A stretch of DNA of 63,376 nucleotides, counting the filler, from Reticulomyxa filosa (lineage: Eukaryota > Protista > Foraminifera): NCBI GenBank assembly GCA_000512085.1. It is 18 parts of 18 records of this genome, joined end to end, with 100 filler letters (N's around TTAATTAATTAA, not from the genome) between each part and the next. Parts side by side here need not be neighbours in the genome. Positions count along the whole stretch, not along the records: positions 34,487 to 51,354 come from ASPP01006937.1; 17 more parts are not named here. The stretch is one strand, 5' to 3'. Positions 35,561-49,503 of this stretch are shown piece by piece. Numbering within the stretch: position 1 is the stretch's first letter; each line of letters begins with the position of its first letter. Below the pieces are notes generated by a model. It did no database searches, was not told where the DNA came from, and worked only from the letters and a program-made list of their open reading frames with translations. The translations under genes and the position numbers were made by a program.

Positions 35561-37694
35561 ACATAAACGAAGAACACCGACAAAAAAATCTCAAAAATCA
35601 TCACAAAACAACAAAGATCAAACCACAACAGACCAAAATAAATCATCCTAATTTCACAACATCTCAATCATTTTATTCTTTGCAGCATATTGTGTCTGTT
35701 GTCTCTATTTCGTTCACAAACAATTTTTTTACAAGTTATGTACACGGAAATATGACTTTTTGTCAACGTGTTCATTTCAACAAGTCTTTCATAATAGTCA
35801 AAACATAAGTCAAAAAAGGAGCGATTAATCGTGCCTCCTTAATATATTTTCAGGATTATTGCTTTTGGGGATTCAATATTTTGCCAGTTGACTTGGCTGT
35901 CACAAAGTGTATACGAAAATATTGCTCTCCAAGCAACTTTTCAATAAAAGACATCAATTAGATCAACAAAACAAAATTTAAACATACAAAAAAAATAATT
36001 TCAAATAACATTTAAAAAACATCAGAAAACAAATAAATACGTTAAATAATCAATACAATCATATAATCATTAAGATTATTATAAAGTAGCATAATGTATT
36101 TGATATTTTTTCTGCAAACAGCAGGTACGTGAAAAGGGTCTTGTTTAGAGTTTAACTAGAATTTTTCTCTTGTTAAAAAAAATCTGCATGACTTTTTTTA
36201 GTGAATTACGTAATTATGACAAAGAAAACCAGACGAAAAGTTTGAGGTTGATTTTTTATTATTGTTTATGTTTACACAGATAATATAAAAGAAGTCAAAA
36301 AAACTTCAAATAGTTACAATCACATTCAGAAATCCGGATACGAAAACATCCAAAATTAAAAAGAATAATTGATGAAGAAATCAATGTAAAAAATGATATT
36401 AAAGCTAATTAAATTTGTTTAAGATCAACTTTGTAAATTTAATCCAAGCTATTTTATAATTTTATTTGAATATTTCAAGAAATATATTGTTTGTTGAATG
36501 AATCCAGTAAGTTATGTTATGTTATATTATTAAAATAACCAAGAAAACAAGAATTATAAGAAAATACAACAACGTTATAAGTACTTGAAACATGCACTTC
36601 ATTGCGAGAAAATAATTATCAATACACATATAATGATGACAATAAAAAATTGATTTATATGATTGTTATCAATATATAATTGGTTCGCTAATAGAATAGA
36701 AAAAAAGAACAATAGTTCGTCATTCTTAAAAGATTTGCATAAAGAAAAATGTTAATTGATATAGATAACATCAACGAAAATAGTAATATTGATGAAATTA
36801 CTATATAAAGTAATAATTGCAAAAGCAATTATTATAACGGCAGTAATTTCACTATCGATATAATAAGCTTCAGTCAACAAACTATAAGCTTTAACACCAC
36901 GTTATCACATATCTAACGTTTTTTATCAAAAAATTTAACGGATGCTTACATCATCAACTATCTTTATTTCAAAAAGATCTCATTTTGCTAAAACAATTTA
37001 GTATGTATCTTTTCGGCATACAATTGCACTCATAAGTACATTCAGGTTTGGTGGTCTAATAATATTTATAATATTCATAACTGATATGACTACGATATCT
37101 TCAGACATACAATCATGAAAATTCAAACATTACGCTAAATACACCATAATAGCTTTTTATCAAGTATATCAGATTACGCTAACTAGTGACTTATGTTATA
37201 ATGATTGAAGCTTATACTAAGTACATCAACATCATAATGCAGCATCTAACATAGTAAGAGAACTAATATAGCTTATTCATAATATCATGCTACGTAGTTT
37301 ATATTAAATATTAGCTTTTAAGTCCACTTGTTGCTTGATCATAATGTGTCAATTGTGTCGTTATATAATTCACCAGTAAATGAGAAAACAACTTACAAGA
37401 ATTTTATACTACGTATTAAAAAGTATTTATAAAATAATCTAGACCTTAATTAATAAGTAACTTTCATATATCTCGAGTAAATTTAAGTAAATATATTATT
37501 TTTGTTAACTTGAGTTAACGAAGTAGTTTTTAGCACTTGAATGCCACTTTTTATTATTAACATTATACTATAAAAACATATAAAAATATTTCAATCATTG
37601 CTGAAAAAAGACTCAATTATTTTTTTTTAAAAGTTTTTATAAATTAGATGCTTGCTTTACTTGAACGAAGAAAGAACTTTGAAAATTCCATTTA

Positions 37695-38240
37695 TGTCAT
37701 TTGAAACTTTGCCACTTTGCATACTTCAGACATACCTGAGCATTTCGTAGCATACAAAGACGAAATACTCACGTGTGATATTTCAAGTTGGTATCCTTAT
37801 CATACAATCAAAGAACAGTATAAGCTGTAATTCATTTCCACAGAAGTTGCGTAGTGAAACTTATTAATAATAACAACAATAAAGACAAAAATGAAATAAA
37901 TTTGCTGTCTTTTGGTGAAAACAGTACAAATGTTCGGTAATGAAATATGTTAGTGTTTGAGAAAATGAAAATGAAAGTGTAAATAAAAGTAAGAGAAGCA
38001 ACTATCAACGAATTACAATATATTGAATTATTTAATAGACAGTAATAATAACAATGAAGGAAAAATAGAATGCGTGCAGTGATTGGGGAAAGCAATAATA
38101 ATTTATTATTTATCACTTTCATAACTAAAATTAGCGTGTTTGATTTAAATACATTTTACTGTATTAAAAAATATCGTTTACAATGTATTTTTGAATCCAT
38201 GCTTTATAATGGAAGAAAAAAATTATATTATCAAATCCAT
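37695..38240 (+). pseudogene. Kelch-like beta-propeller family pseudogene
   Basis: Frameshifted fragments FETLP, YKDEILTC, YHTIKEQYK, CVVKLINNNNNKDKNEINLLSFGE, VMKYVSV* and RAVIGESNNNLLFITF..KISVFDLNTF. Confidence 0.75.
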
Positions 38241-38848
38241 ATTGACTGTGAATATTAACACGAAAAGAACTTAGTTCAAAATACGAGTTTCAGTAAAAAG
38301 AAAGTAAATTAATAAAAAATAATTATAACAAAACAAAGAAAGAGTAAAGCAATATATAAAGTTAGTTATGTTTTGAAGAAAATTTTAATTAGGACCTTGA
38401 ACTAATAATATGTACTTATTATAAAACAGTTTTTTCTAATAACAAACATATAACTTTGTGATAAATATTGTAGTTCCGAAAAATTGCACATTCATCATAC
38501 TTTTAAAAAATTATTATCATATCTATAATTTAAAAATGATTATTTCATAATGATAATTTTTTAAAACAAAAAACATCTCATATCACTTCATTTTATTGTT
38601 TAGTGGATTTGCAAGTATTGCTGTATTAATTCAATATTTGTTGTAGTCTCGAAATATTTACAATGTATTTGCTCCGTAAACTGATAGCAAAATGTCCATT
38701 AGTAATTGTTATAAAAAACAAAAAAACAATTTTCTCACAAAGGACTGGTTTCCATGGACAAAACGGAAAAGCAACAAACTTAATTTCTCCCCTTTTTTAA
38801 ATGTTTATTGTGTCTTCTTTCATGCATCTTCGGCCAAAGAAATAAGTA

Positions 38849-41581
38849 ATGCTTGCCACATGCAATCCTCGACTCTCTCGAACCTTGGTTCTTGTGTGCA
38901 AAATCTCAGCACGTTCGTCTTCTCAGTTGTTTCGCAACGGCACAGCACTGCGTATATATAAATATCGTGGAGGGCAAAGGCCATCACGCCCGGTTCAACC
39001 CATATTAAATGGGCAAACGCAGAAGCAAATTTCGCGACAACACGTGACAACACAGCCTTTGCCGAACACAAGAAAATTCCAACAAATTCTGGCTCGTGTT
39101 CCACCATGGCGCTCCCCTCGTATGTATTATGGAACACTATTCGTATCGGCGTTGTTTTACTATAGTTACCGTCAATTTAGCGCACATATGTTTCGAGCAG
39201 AAACAGAAACGTCCGAATTTTCGTACGACGAATTTCTAAAATATTATTCGGACAGCGAGAATGACGAAGAGGAGGAGCAGAAAAAGGACAAGGTGGAAGA
39301 AGATGAATCAAAAGAAGAGACAATAGAACATCATCGTTACAAGATATTGCACTCGATAAAATTGCCAGAACATAGCAAATGGGTATGGTTTTGGTTATAT
39401 TTTAAGCGTTGCATGTTTTTAATTTATAACTTCACTCCACTCATTTTGCTATCGCCATTGGCTTATTGGTATTGGCAACACGACGACCATTACTTTAAAA
39501 GAAAATGGTTACAGCTTTTGTTAGACTCTTTCAGCAACGCAGGTTACGTGTTTGTTTCTTATATATAATACATATATCATTTATTTATTTATTTATTTAT
39601 TTTATCTCTATTTATTAGATTATATGCATATATTAAAATTATAAACATAAATCAAGGAAGCACGTTTATTAAAATGGGCCAATGGATGTCCATGAGAAAT
39701 GATGTCTTTCCAATGGAAATATGCAAAACATTTGCACATTTGCGTGTGAATGCACCCATGCACTCGTTCGAAGAAACGTGCAAACTCATCGAAAACTCGT
39801 TTGGAAGACCTATCGATGACATATTCGAACGCTTTTATGTCGAGCCCATTGCGAGTGGATCTATTGCACAAATCCATCGCGCTCAAATACGAATCAATCA
39901 ACACAATGGGCCGCTGGTCCCAGGTCTTTTTTTTTTTTAAAAAAAAAAAAATTATACATATGTATATATGTTAGGAGGGGATCATGTGAGCATGTCAATA
40001 CGAAAATACGTCTCCCATATGTGCGTGTGTGTGTGTGTGTGATATACACAAAGAAATGTTCGAAGCAAATGCGGAATACGAAATTGAAGTGAAAGACAAT
40101 TTATGGACCCGTATAAAAAAATCATGGAAAAAGGCAAAAGAAAAGAGACGACTATGGTCGACAAGCACGGGCGAAGACAGTAACGTTCCGCGATACTTGG
40201 ATGTCGCTGTAAAAGTGCGCCATGGGGAAGTGCTGCAGACAATGGCAATGGACATTAACTTGTTGTATATGGGAAGTAATTTCATATCCAGTTTGCCATT
40301 TTTGAAAGGACTAAAAGTCCCCATTTATCAGCCCGATTTTGCCGATTATTTGGAGTCACAAATCGATCTGTCGTTAGAAGCCAAGTCTTTGAAGCGATTC
40401 AATCAAATTTTCAAATACGAGCGACACATTGTCGTTTTTCCAAAGCCTATTTTCCCTTATGTCACAAGTGATGTTTTAGTGGAAACATGGGAATCAGGTA
40501 CTTTATTGTTGAGTTTGCAATCGTCTCTTCAACCAAAGCAAAAATAAACAATGGACTAAAGGTATCCCATTGTCGCGATTGGATTTTTCCAAAATTCACG
40601 AAGAAGATCTAAAGCAGCTCTCGAGAAAGTCGTATGACATCTTCATGAAAATGATGCTTCGAAACAACTTTATTCATGGCGATTGCCACACTGGCAATGT
40701 GTTGGTTCGATTTGAACAAGAGTATTTCGGTTCCACCGCCAATTCCATCAGTGCAATGTATCGAAAGTTTTGGGATCGCTTCATTGGCAAAGTGGAGGCA
40801 CCTCTCACGATGACGGAGTCCATCACTCCCAAGTCCAATGATAGTCGCAAGCCCTATCCCTTTGGTCCATTGGTCTTTTTAGATGCTGGATTGACCGTTA
40901 GTTTAACTAGACAAGGTATCAAACGGTATGTTAGATAAAAATTAATTTCTTTTCTTATAAATTTTCGATCGTCAATATGACTGAATGTACATATGTGTAT
41001 ATATAAAAGATTTGGTATATTGCTGGGTTATATTGCGCAAGGAAATAGCGTGGAGGCAGCCAGGTTGTTTAGTGAATGGACGATCATTGACAGATCGGAT
41101 CCAACTGCCATAAGTAGGAAAGATCAATTTGCAGCTGATTTAGCACATGTGATCGACGAGAATTTGAAATGGAGAAACCCAAAAAAACCTCGAACAGGCA
41201 TCCCTTACATGGATGTTGGCAAGCTAATTCGAGATGTTTTATTTTTGACACAAAGGGAGCGTATCTTATTGGATTCTCATTTTAGTGCTACTATTGCCGC
41301 ACTTGGAGTCATTGAAGGTTATTTTCATATGTGCATAAATATATTTATACATACATATTTGTGAAATTTTTTTTTTTTTTTTTTTTTAAGGCTGGCATCA
41401 TGCATTTAGCTTTTACTTTGTTCTGACAGGACTTATTCGAGAATTAGACAGCGAAGCCGATTTCTTAGCTTGGGGAGTACCTTATTTGGTGAAATACCGT
41501 GGGTTGTCGTTATTGTCTGGACTCGTTCGTGAACACGAACAGTTATTACATTCTCTCACTGATGAGATTGCAAGGGATTAA
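38849..41581 (+). CDS. ABC1/UbiB atypical kinase, ADCK2/Cqd1-like, mitochondrial
   Basis: FIKMGQWMSMRNDVFP, PIASGSIAQIHRA, VAVKVRH, QIDLSLEAKSLKRF, VLVETWESG, NNFIHGDCHTGN, FLDAGL, LGVIEG|LIRELD; R/S-rich presequence; about 6 exons. Confidence 0.92.
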
Positions 41582-42042
41582 AACAAAATTTATTTGACTT
41601 TTTTTTAAATCATTATCATTGAAACGCTTTTTTTCGCACAGATTCCATCTTTTATAATATTTTTCTCCTTTTGGTCATATTACTGAGTATTGAACTAGCC
41701 CTTTCCCCCTTTTTTTGTTATTTTTGCTATTCTTATTTGTCTTGTTATCACACTCCTCTCCTTTTTTTGTTAACCATCAACAACCAACACTGTGTTGAGC
41801 TTGTTTGTTTAACAATTGGCTATGTTCTTTTTCAAAAAGACAACATTTTGCTTCGAATAATAAATATTGTCTCATAAGAACGATTACATCTATTCTTTTT
41901 TTAGAGATTTGAAACAGTTGTTTAATTTGCTTTCTTTTGATCTATCAATCAAGTTACAAATTTTACTTAGAATTGCTACGAAGAATTTAATTTAAAAAAG
42001 ATATTTTAACTACTTGCGTAGTTTTCACTCCAAAAGTCCACA

Positions 42043-43131
42043 ATGAAAAACTCACGCGATATGGATTGGCTACTTTTAAGCGAGGATTTGTGGCGCTATA
42101 TTTGTTTATTTCAGTTCAGGAGAGAGACAATATCGCTATTATTTACGTGTAAGCAACTACACAAAGACTTAGATCCTCGTCACTCGAAAAACAACAGTCT
42201 GTGGGCAACTTTAAAAAAATATGATATCCCATACCTCTTGGATAAACGTGTTGCATTTTGGTGTGAACATATTCTACAAAAGAACAAAATGACCCACAAT
42301 GACTGCTTTGCACTAGATCTTACCTTGACACAATTTGCGAAGTTAAATGAAGACGTGTTGAAAAAATTACAATATTGGCTGCAATACCAAAGTCTTTTTG
42401 CAACTGGCGATAAAACTGTTATTGATCCATTAGAGCATTTAACAGGTGAGTTTTTTTAAAGGAAGGCGTACAATAAACTTTATTTGGAGTCATAGAACGA
42501 AGAGAAGTAACAACGAAAAAACTCTATTATTGTTAATTTGCATTGCACCTAAAAAACTCACGAAACTAAACTAATCAAAGACATGCGCCTATACGGAAAC
42601 GATAAACACTTTGGGAGTAAAGGAATGAATTGGCTGATTCCAATATTGACGAGCAAGTATTGCCAACTAAGAATAGTTAATTTGCAATCTTGCGGCTTGT
42701 GTAATGCAGATATTGAAAATTTGTATGGTGCTGTCCTATCTTGTCAACAAAATATGGAGAATTTGACTAATTTTGATATTGGTTGGAACACTCAGTTGGA
42801 CAACCAAGCTCTGGAATTAATGCTTGCTCTCTGTGTTGAAAAATGGAAAAATCTGGTCGAGTTGTGTGTCCATGGATGTAAAGTAGACGATGCTGGTTGT
42901 GAAATTTTTGAAAAATGGGCGAAAAAACATGCTTCCAATTCGGACAATTTTTGTTTGCAGCGATTGGACCTACGTTGTAATACGTCGATCACGAGGGTTG
43001 GGCTTGACATTTTAAATAAGGTTTTAAAAATGCAATGCATGCAAAAAGATAGATGGAAAAAGTTTACTATTTTTCTTATCAATGTACCAAGTGCCCGAGA
43101 AAAAACTTTTGACCCCAGAATGCGATTTTAA
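42043..43131 (+). CDS. F-box-like plus RNI-type leucine-rich repeat protein
   Basis: LLSEDLWRYICLF...LLFTCKQL (F-box-like); LRIVNLQSCGL, LTNFDIGWNTQL, LVELCVHGCKVDDAG, LQRLDLRCNTSIT; intron starts ~42447. Confidence 0.75.
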
Positions 43132-43457
43132 TAAAAACTGGCAGTATTTCCTTGTTTTTTAATAGTGTTGATACTAGTTTTGTGTTGTGCAAAATGTAGA
43201 AATGTTGATGTTAAAAAGAAAATGGAAAATGAACAAAAAAATGCAACATTCTCCAAAATCACCAACAATTTGGACTTGAATTGAAAAGCTTTCCTTTGAT
43301 TGCAGGAAAGTGCCTTTTTTTTGTGCCACAAATCATTGTGTAACCAACAAAAAAAAAAATTATCATGTCGGAAATAATACATCAACGCAAATGCGCTCCT
43401 AGCCCCCACTTAAAATACACACGCAAATTTGTGTGTTTATGAGATTTCTCTAGAAGC

Positions 43458-44416
43458 TTATTCTCGAGTTCGCAACGCTTTAGTTACTTTTTTTTGATTT
43501 TTTCTTTGCTTTTTGTCAGTCAATTCCAAACCTGGTTTCCTTGAAAATAATGCACGAGTACGTGAGCGTGGAACTTTTTGTTGCCTTTCTTCAGCAAACA
43601 ATTCAATGTGGCATTGATGACTGTTGAATGCTATATATTTTTCCCCCAGACACAAACATTGTTAAGACCTTTTTTGACACCATCAAATTTATTTTAATTT
43701 TACAAAAGTGCAAAGTAAATTCAAAATTGAACGTAAGAAGAGACAACAAAAATTAAATGAAATAATTCGCTTAACGGTTGATTCGGCCGTGAGCTCGGTA
43801 TGTTCTTCGTCGTCCTTGTCTGGCTCTTTGTACGGCGATGTGTGAAATACGAATTTTTTCCATGTTCAACTTTTTAGCTCGAGCATTTCCTTCCACGTTT
43901 CGGAGCAAATCCAACAAAAACATGGCTGATTTCTTTGGCCAACGTCCTTGTGAGCTACCCAAACCTTTACATTGGCCATGTCTTCCAATACGACCTGCAA
44001 AACAAATTTTGCAAATTTGCAATTTAAGATTCACTTTGAGTTAAACTTTTTTTTCCACCCCTTAAAAAAAAAAGATGCGAAATAGAGTGGTGTTTTTTAT
44101 TTTTTGAGGGGAAAATATTTTTTGTTTGATGTTAGGAAGAATTGATTTTACCAGTGTGTCGGCGATATGGAACAATTTCTTTTTGTTTAATCACATTTTT
44201 CAAAAATCGTCTTGCACGAGGAAGGGTCATTGATTTTAAGCAAACTGCTGTTTCACGAGTATTTTTGTAATGCACTCGCAATGAATCACCACGAGCTTTC
44301 GCTGCTCTGTTTGTTTGAACAAGAAATGTTTATTTTTAGTACAATGACACAAGGACAACATGTCATTACCTTGCCCAGTCTTGGCATTTTGGCTGTTTCA
44401 ACATATAATTGACCAT
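43458..44416 (-). CDS. RPL17: 60S ribosomal protein L17 (uL22), 4 exons
   Basis: AKARGDSLRVHYKNTRETA, VPYRRHTG|RIGRHGQ, QGRWPKKSA, RRRTYRAHGRIN, SHQCHIEL. Confidence 0.97.
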
Positions 44417-44867
44417 CTTTCTTGTTGGTGTTTTGCAGGAATAAGATCAAACTAAATATTGAAAAGATTTTGTTTTTGCCCCCTTTTGGCTCCCTGTTTT
44501 AAACCTTACAATACTTTAAGAGCTAGGTTTGTAGCGCAGATATATATTAATTAATTCTTCTTCTTTTTTGCCATTGTTTTATTTAAAGGTATGCTGTATT
44601 GTTTTATTCATTTCTGAAAAAAAATTAGGTTTGGTTTAAAGGAGGATTTTTAAAAAAAAAATTGAACGAGAAGAGGTATAAAAGGAGTTTATTTGAAGAA
44701 TTCAATAAAGAGTGTAAACTCATCTTTTGGAATGTCTTTGTTAATCTAAGGTTAAAAAACTTCAGTGAGACCAAAAGACAATCAATCCGAAAAAGATCAA
44801 TGTCACTCCAAGTGCAATAAAACAACATCAGCAACAAAAACTGTTGATCATATGAGCATTCATTTGA

Positions 44868-45225
44868 TTATTGAGCGTTGCTGTTCGGAGATTTCTTTTT
44901 TGGTCCGCCAGTTGCTGCTTCCATAACCTTCTTTTCGTCTGTTCAAATAAAAACGCATACATTTTTTCTTCAGAAAATACACATAAATTTCCAAAGAAAA
45001 TTATCAAGGCTTACACATCAATCTTTTCTTTGCTCGTCCCAAAGGCGTTTTCTTCTTTGGCTGCTTTTCTACTTTTGGAGTGGCAGCACGAACTTTGCCT
45101 GCGCGTGATAATGAGCCGTGTTGTTTTCCTGCATGTGTTGTTTGCAAAAATTTGAACACATTTTCAAAATTAAGCTGAAAATAAGATAAATGAGAATGTT
45201 AAAAGTTTAGAGACAACGAACCCAT
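44868..45225 (-). CDS. RPS30: 40S ribosomal protein S30 (eS30), not fused to a ubiquitin-like domain, 3 exons (missed by the ORF track)
   Basis: Exons 45225-45222 (ATGG), 45128-45015 and 44938-44868 give [62 protein letters not shown]. Confidence 0.95.
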
Positions 45226-46384
45226 TTTAAAATGATAGGATAGAAAAAAGCGAAAGCACCTTATAAAGTGTTGTAATTATTATTGAACGTCTCCCCCTTG
45301 GCTACTTGACTTTAACCGGATTAATTACATTATAGTGTTTTAATAAAATCAATGAGTAAAGCAAAATTATTTAACTTGTTGCAAAAAAAATCTAACTACT
45401 CTAATTATTGGCCATAAATTAAAGTTGACATATTTCATTATAATTCATGAATACATTTTTGTTACCGTTTAGTAAGTTCACAAGCGCCAAACATAAAACA
45501 AATGAAGTAATCTAACGAACAATACAAGCACTTTATACAATTGGCCGGTCTGTAGCACAAATCGCTCTGGTAAGAGTAAAACTCAAAGGGAAATAGAACA
45601 CTTTTTTTCCCTAAAACCTTACTTCTTCAGTTCTTCACTTGTTTCTCTTCTCGTTATTGTTTTGTCATTTCATTCATTTGAATTAGCCATCTGTTCTTAT
45701 TTTGTCGAATTACTTAAAGCGCTCTTTTCGTATTACACTTTGTGCAAGTCTTCAGTAAGGAAAGTCTAGTTTGTTACAGAAAAAAAGATTATAAAATGCA
45801 CATAACAATATCAAAAAACTCTCATAATTAGACCTGTGAGAGACTATTCTTTTAATTTTAATGTCTATCACAACATAGTGATAGTAGTGATCCCAAAGTC
45901 GTGGCATTGAACATTACTTTTAATTACTCTTTTCGGCTTAATTTTCATTTACATATAATCACCAATAATATTCAAGATTATTTTTCTACATTACACTGCT
46001 TTAGAACAGCAGTTATTGTTTGAAACGTTTTTGTAACTGGTGCACAACAAACTCAATAAAAATACATTTTATATATTAATCAATTAGACATTTTCCAACA
46101 GTATACTAGTACAACAAAAGTTTATTTCTTTTATTCCTTTCATTGTTTGCTTACAATGCCCTCCGTCTTTTGGATGAGCAGCTTTTGTTGAACTAGTACA
46201 AACATGTTGCTATTTTTTGTGCATCGTATCTGAATTACAAACATTACTTTTTATTATGCTATCAGTTATTTTGAGTTCTTTGATACTACTTTGTTGTGTT
46301 TAACGAGTGTTTAGTGACTGAACAAGAGTGTAAAGGGACATATCCTTCTCAAGAGATTAAATCTCTTTTTGCTTAAAATCAAAG

Positions 46385-47841
46385 ATGTGTTTCGGTTGTT
46401 GTTGTGATATCTTATACGAAACGAGATGTATCTTTTTTCGTTTATCTAGTATCCTTATGTTGCTTGACTTAGCCTTAACCATATTCATAATTGTTCAACT
46501 CTTCCAACTGGATGTCTTTGCATGCTGCACTGACAATTTAACGCTCAACAGTCAATGCTCTTATGTAAGTTTGCAATATATCTGTTATACTTTTTTGTAT
46601 CACAAGTTTGAGGACATGAAACAAATGCAATTTGGCTGGTTGTTGGATGTGTTCAACAGTCGAAAATCGGTAAATATTGCTATTTTTGCGTGCTCTTCGT
46701 GTGTTTTGAGGAAAAAATTGTTACTACCAAGTGGCCACTAGTTTTCCAAATTATTGATTTTTCCTTTTTTATTTTAAAATATATTAGGCGGAGCAAGCAA
46801 CGTTGGAGTTGATAGCAATGGTTATTGCATTCAAAAGAGCTCTGACACTGACTGCGCAGGCGATTTAGCCTCTTGTGCAAACTCCAGTTGAATACGTATT
46901 TTTATACTTTTTTTTTTTTTTTTTGAGCCAAAAAAAAAAAAAAACAAACAAACAATAAAAAACGAATAAATAAAGAATGCTCTGTGGATATGAGTACGTT
47001 ATGCTCTGAGAAGATTCTTGATGAAGTGGCAAGCACAAACTGGGATTGGTTACTGGCAATTTTAATAGTCAAAGCAGCCGGTCTTGTGTTTTTAATTACT
47101 TTGGAAATCCGCTCGTTATGCAAAAGCAGAGAGAAAGCAAACGATCAAAATAATCCTGATCGAAAACGAGAACCTGGTGAAGAAGATGTTGAGGCTACAG
47201 TAGGATGTTGTGAAAGATGTAAACAATGCAGGCATGTTTTCTTTAAAAAAAGAATAATAGTGGTTCAATTATAAAACAATGACGATTTTTTATTTTTATG
47301 TGCAAACGATAGCTTGGCGAACTTGAAGAGCTGCTTGACAAACACAACTATTTTTGTGTTGAAACTATTCTTTTTAATTTTTGGAACAGGTAATTTGTGT
47401 TCATTTCTCTTTTGTTATTTTTATTTTTTTAAATACACGAAACGCTAAAAATTTTGTTGACAACAATAAATTGAAATAGCTACTACTACAATCGCTATTT
47501 GGCTTTTGGTTTACACTAACCGTGTCACGTTTACCAACTGCCGTGCCATATCAGACAGTCAATTAAGAAGTGATTGCTTCAAAGTGGAAGAAAATTGTAC
47601 ATTTGGAGATGGACAAAACTTTTATATTGTGGTATTTAACAATTTAAATTTAACAGGTACATTTTCGCTTATCTTTTTTTTTTTTATCGTTTGTTTATGA
47701 TTTCAAACTCTGTTTTTGTTTTTTGTTTACAGGTCCGTACATTGTCGATTTAATAACGTCTGCCTCCACCACAGTTCTTTGGATTGTTCGATTCGCTGTG
47801 TTGCGCTACTATCTTAACAAGACCAAATTGACATCTGTTTA
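46385..47841 (+). CDS. Hypothetical Cys-rich multi-pass membrane protein, multi-exon
   Basis: Several hydrophobic helices alternate with Cys-rich loops; GT-AG introns, e.g. 46887-46975 and 47390-47479. Confidence 0.55.
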
Positions 47842-48694
47842 ATTCTTTTTTGATTAGGAAATATGATTTGTTCAAAATTGTGGACTTCTTGTAAAGGCGT
47901 TTTTTTAATTATGCAACAATGAATAGTAAATTTTCAAGTTCACAAAAAAAACTTCTGAAACGAGAAATGCATATTTTATTAAAAAAGTTGTTGAAATCTT
48001 GACAACAAGAAATTTTGGTATTTTTGGATCTATTCAAACAAAGACACATTTTTATTTTGTCTTGTGTCTGGTTGAAAGCACTTATTCTCATGGGTGTATG
48101 TGCGTTATGGATCAGAATTAATTTTTAGCACATTCTTTAATGATATAATATCATAACAAAAATATCACGTCTGTTTAGTACTGTTCGTTGTTGAGGAAAT
48201 ATAAATTGTCGTCATCTTTTATTTGGTACGCTCGTCAACGTACTGTCTTTACACCTTCTGATATTGACTATCAAAACACATGTTTTACGCAAACTTTGGT
48301 AAAAGCACTTGGTTTTCGAAAACTTTTTTCTAAAAATTCCCGTTTAGAAACTACGCTCAAACACAAAAGAAAAACAGAATTACGGTAGGTGCGTGACTTT
48401 GTTTGGAGTTTAAAGATGTGTAATACCTTTTAGCATGTAAAAAAAAGCACCCTGAAAAACATTTCTATCAAGTGAGCAAGCTAATTCAAATTGGCTACTT
48501 AAGATTTCAACTAAAAAACACTTAAAGTAGTTTTTTCATTTGGAGAAAGACAAATAAATAATTTTTGTGCGACTGAAAACCTGCAAAGAGAGCGTACCGT
48601 AGAGTTTGTGGCGTTTCAGAGGGATAAAATTTTGAGTTCAATATCCCTTTTTTTGAATTCTTGTTGGGAAATTGCAGATTAAATCTTAATTGAA

Positions 48695-49466
48695 ATGGGA
48701 AACGATTTTTCTGTGCAAGTACTTTTATTTTAATTAATTTTTTTTTAAAAAAATGTGTTTGTTAGTGTTCGAACTTGTTTTTGAAAACAAACAAAAAACA
48801 AAAAAGACACTAAAAGTAAAATCAAACATGGCTTCAAGCCGAATGAAGGCCCATGTTCAAAAAAAAGAAAACGCAATGACAAAGCAAAGACGTGAAATTG
48901 CAACTCTGTTAGTGGACGGAAAGGAGCAATCGGCACGTATAAAAGTGGAAGGTTTGATACGCGAAGAAAATCTGTGTCGTGTGATGGAATGGTTGGAAAT
49001 TATGTGTGATTTGGTCAATCAAAGAGTGAAGCAGATCCAAACATCCAAGTTTGTGATGTGTCTTTTTTTTTTTTTTTTTTATAATTTTTTTTTTAGTTGT
49101 TACAAAATTGGATACAATTTTGGTCTACCTCTTCTGCCTCCCCCGTTCCCTCCCCCCTTTTTCCCTTTTCCTTCGCCTATGCTAATGAAACCAATCCGCA
49201 AAATTAAATTGGCTCAATACACACGGTTCATTGACATCAAATAAATAAACAAACATTGAAATTGCAAATCCCAACCTCACAATGGGAATCTCAATCCCAA
49301 TATCAATCCTCGTGTAATCGCTGTTGAATACATGGCTTGTGTTGAATGATATAGAGAGTGTCCCGAAGACTTGGCCGAGTCTGTTTGCACCATTTTGTAT
49401 TCTTCCAAACGAATTGACATTCCTGAATTAACCGAGGTCTCTATCTCTTTACTGCCACACAGTACA

Positions 49467-49503
<37 letters not shown>

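Noticed and set aside
44420-44867. snoRNA between RPS30 and RPL17
   Set aside because: No convincing C box/D box pair with a terminal stem. It is more likely 3' UTR and promoter.
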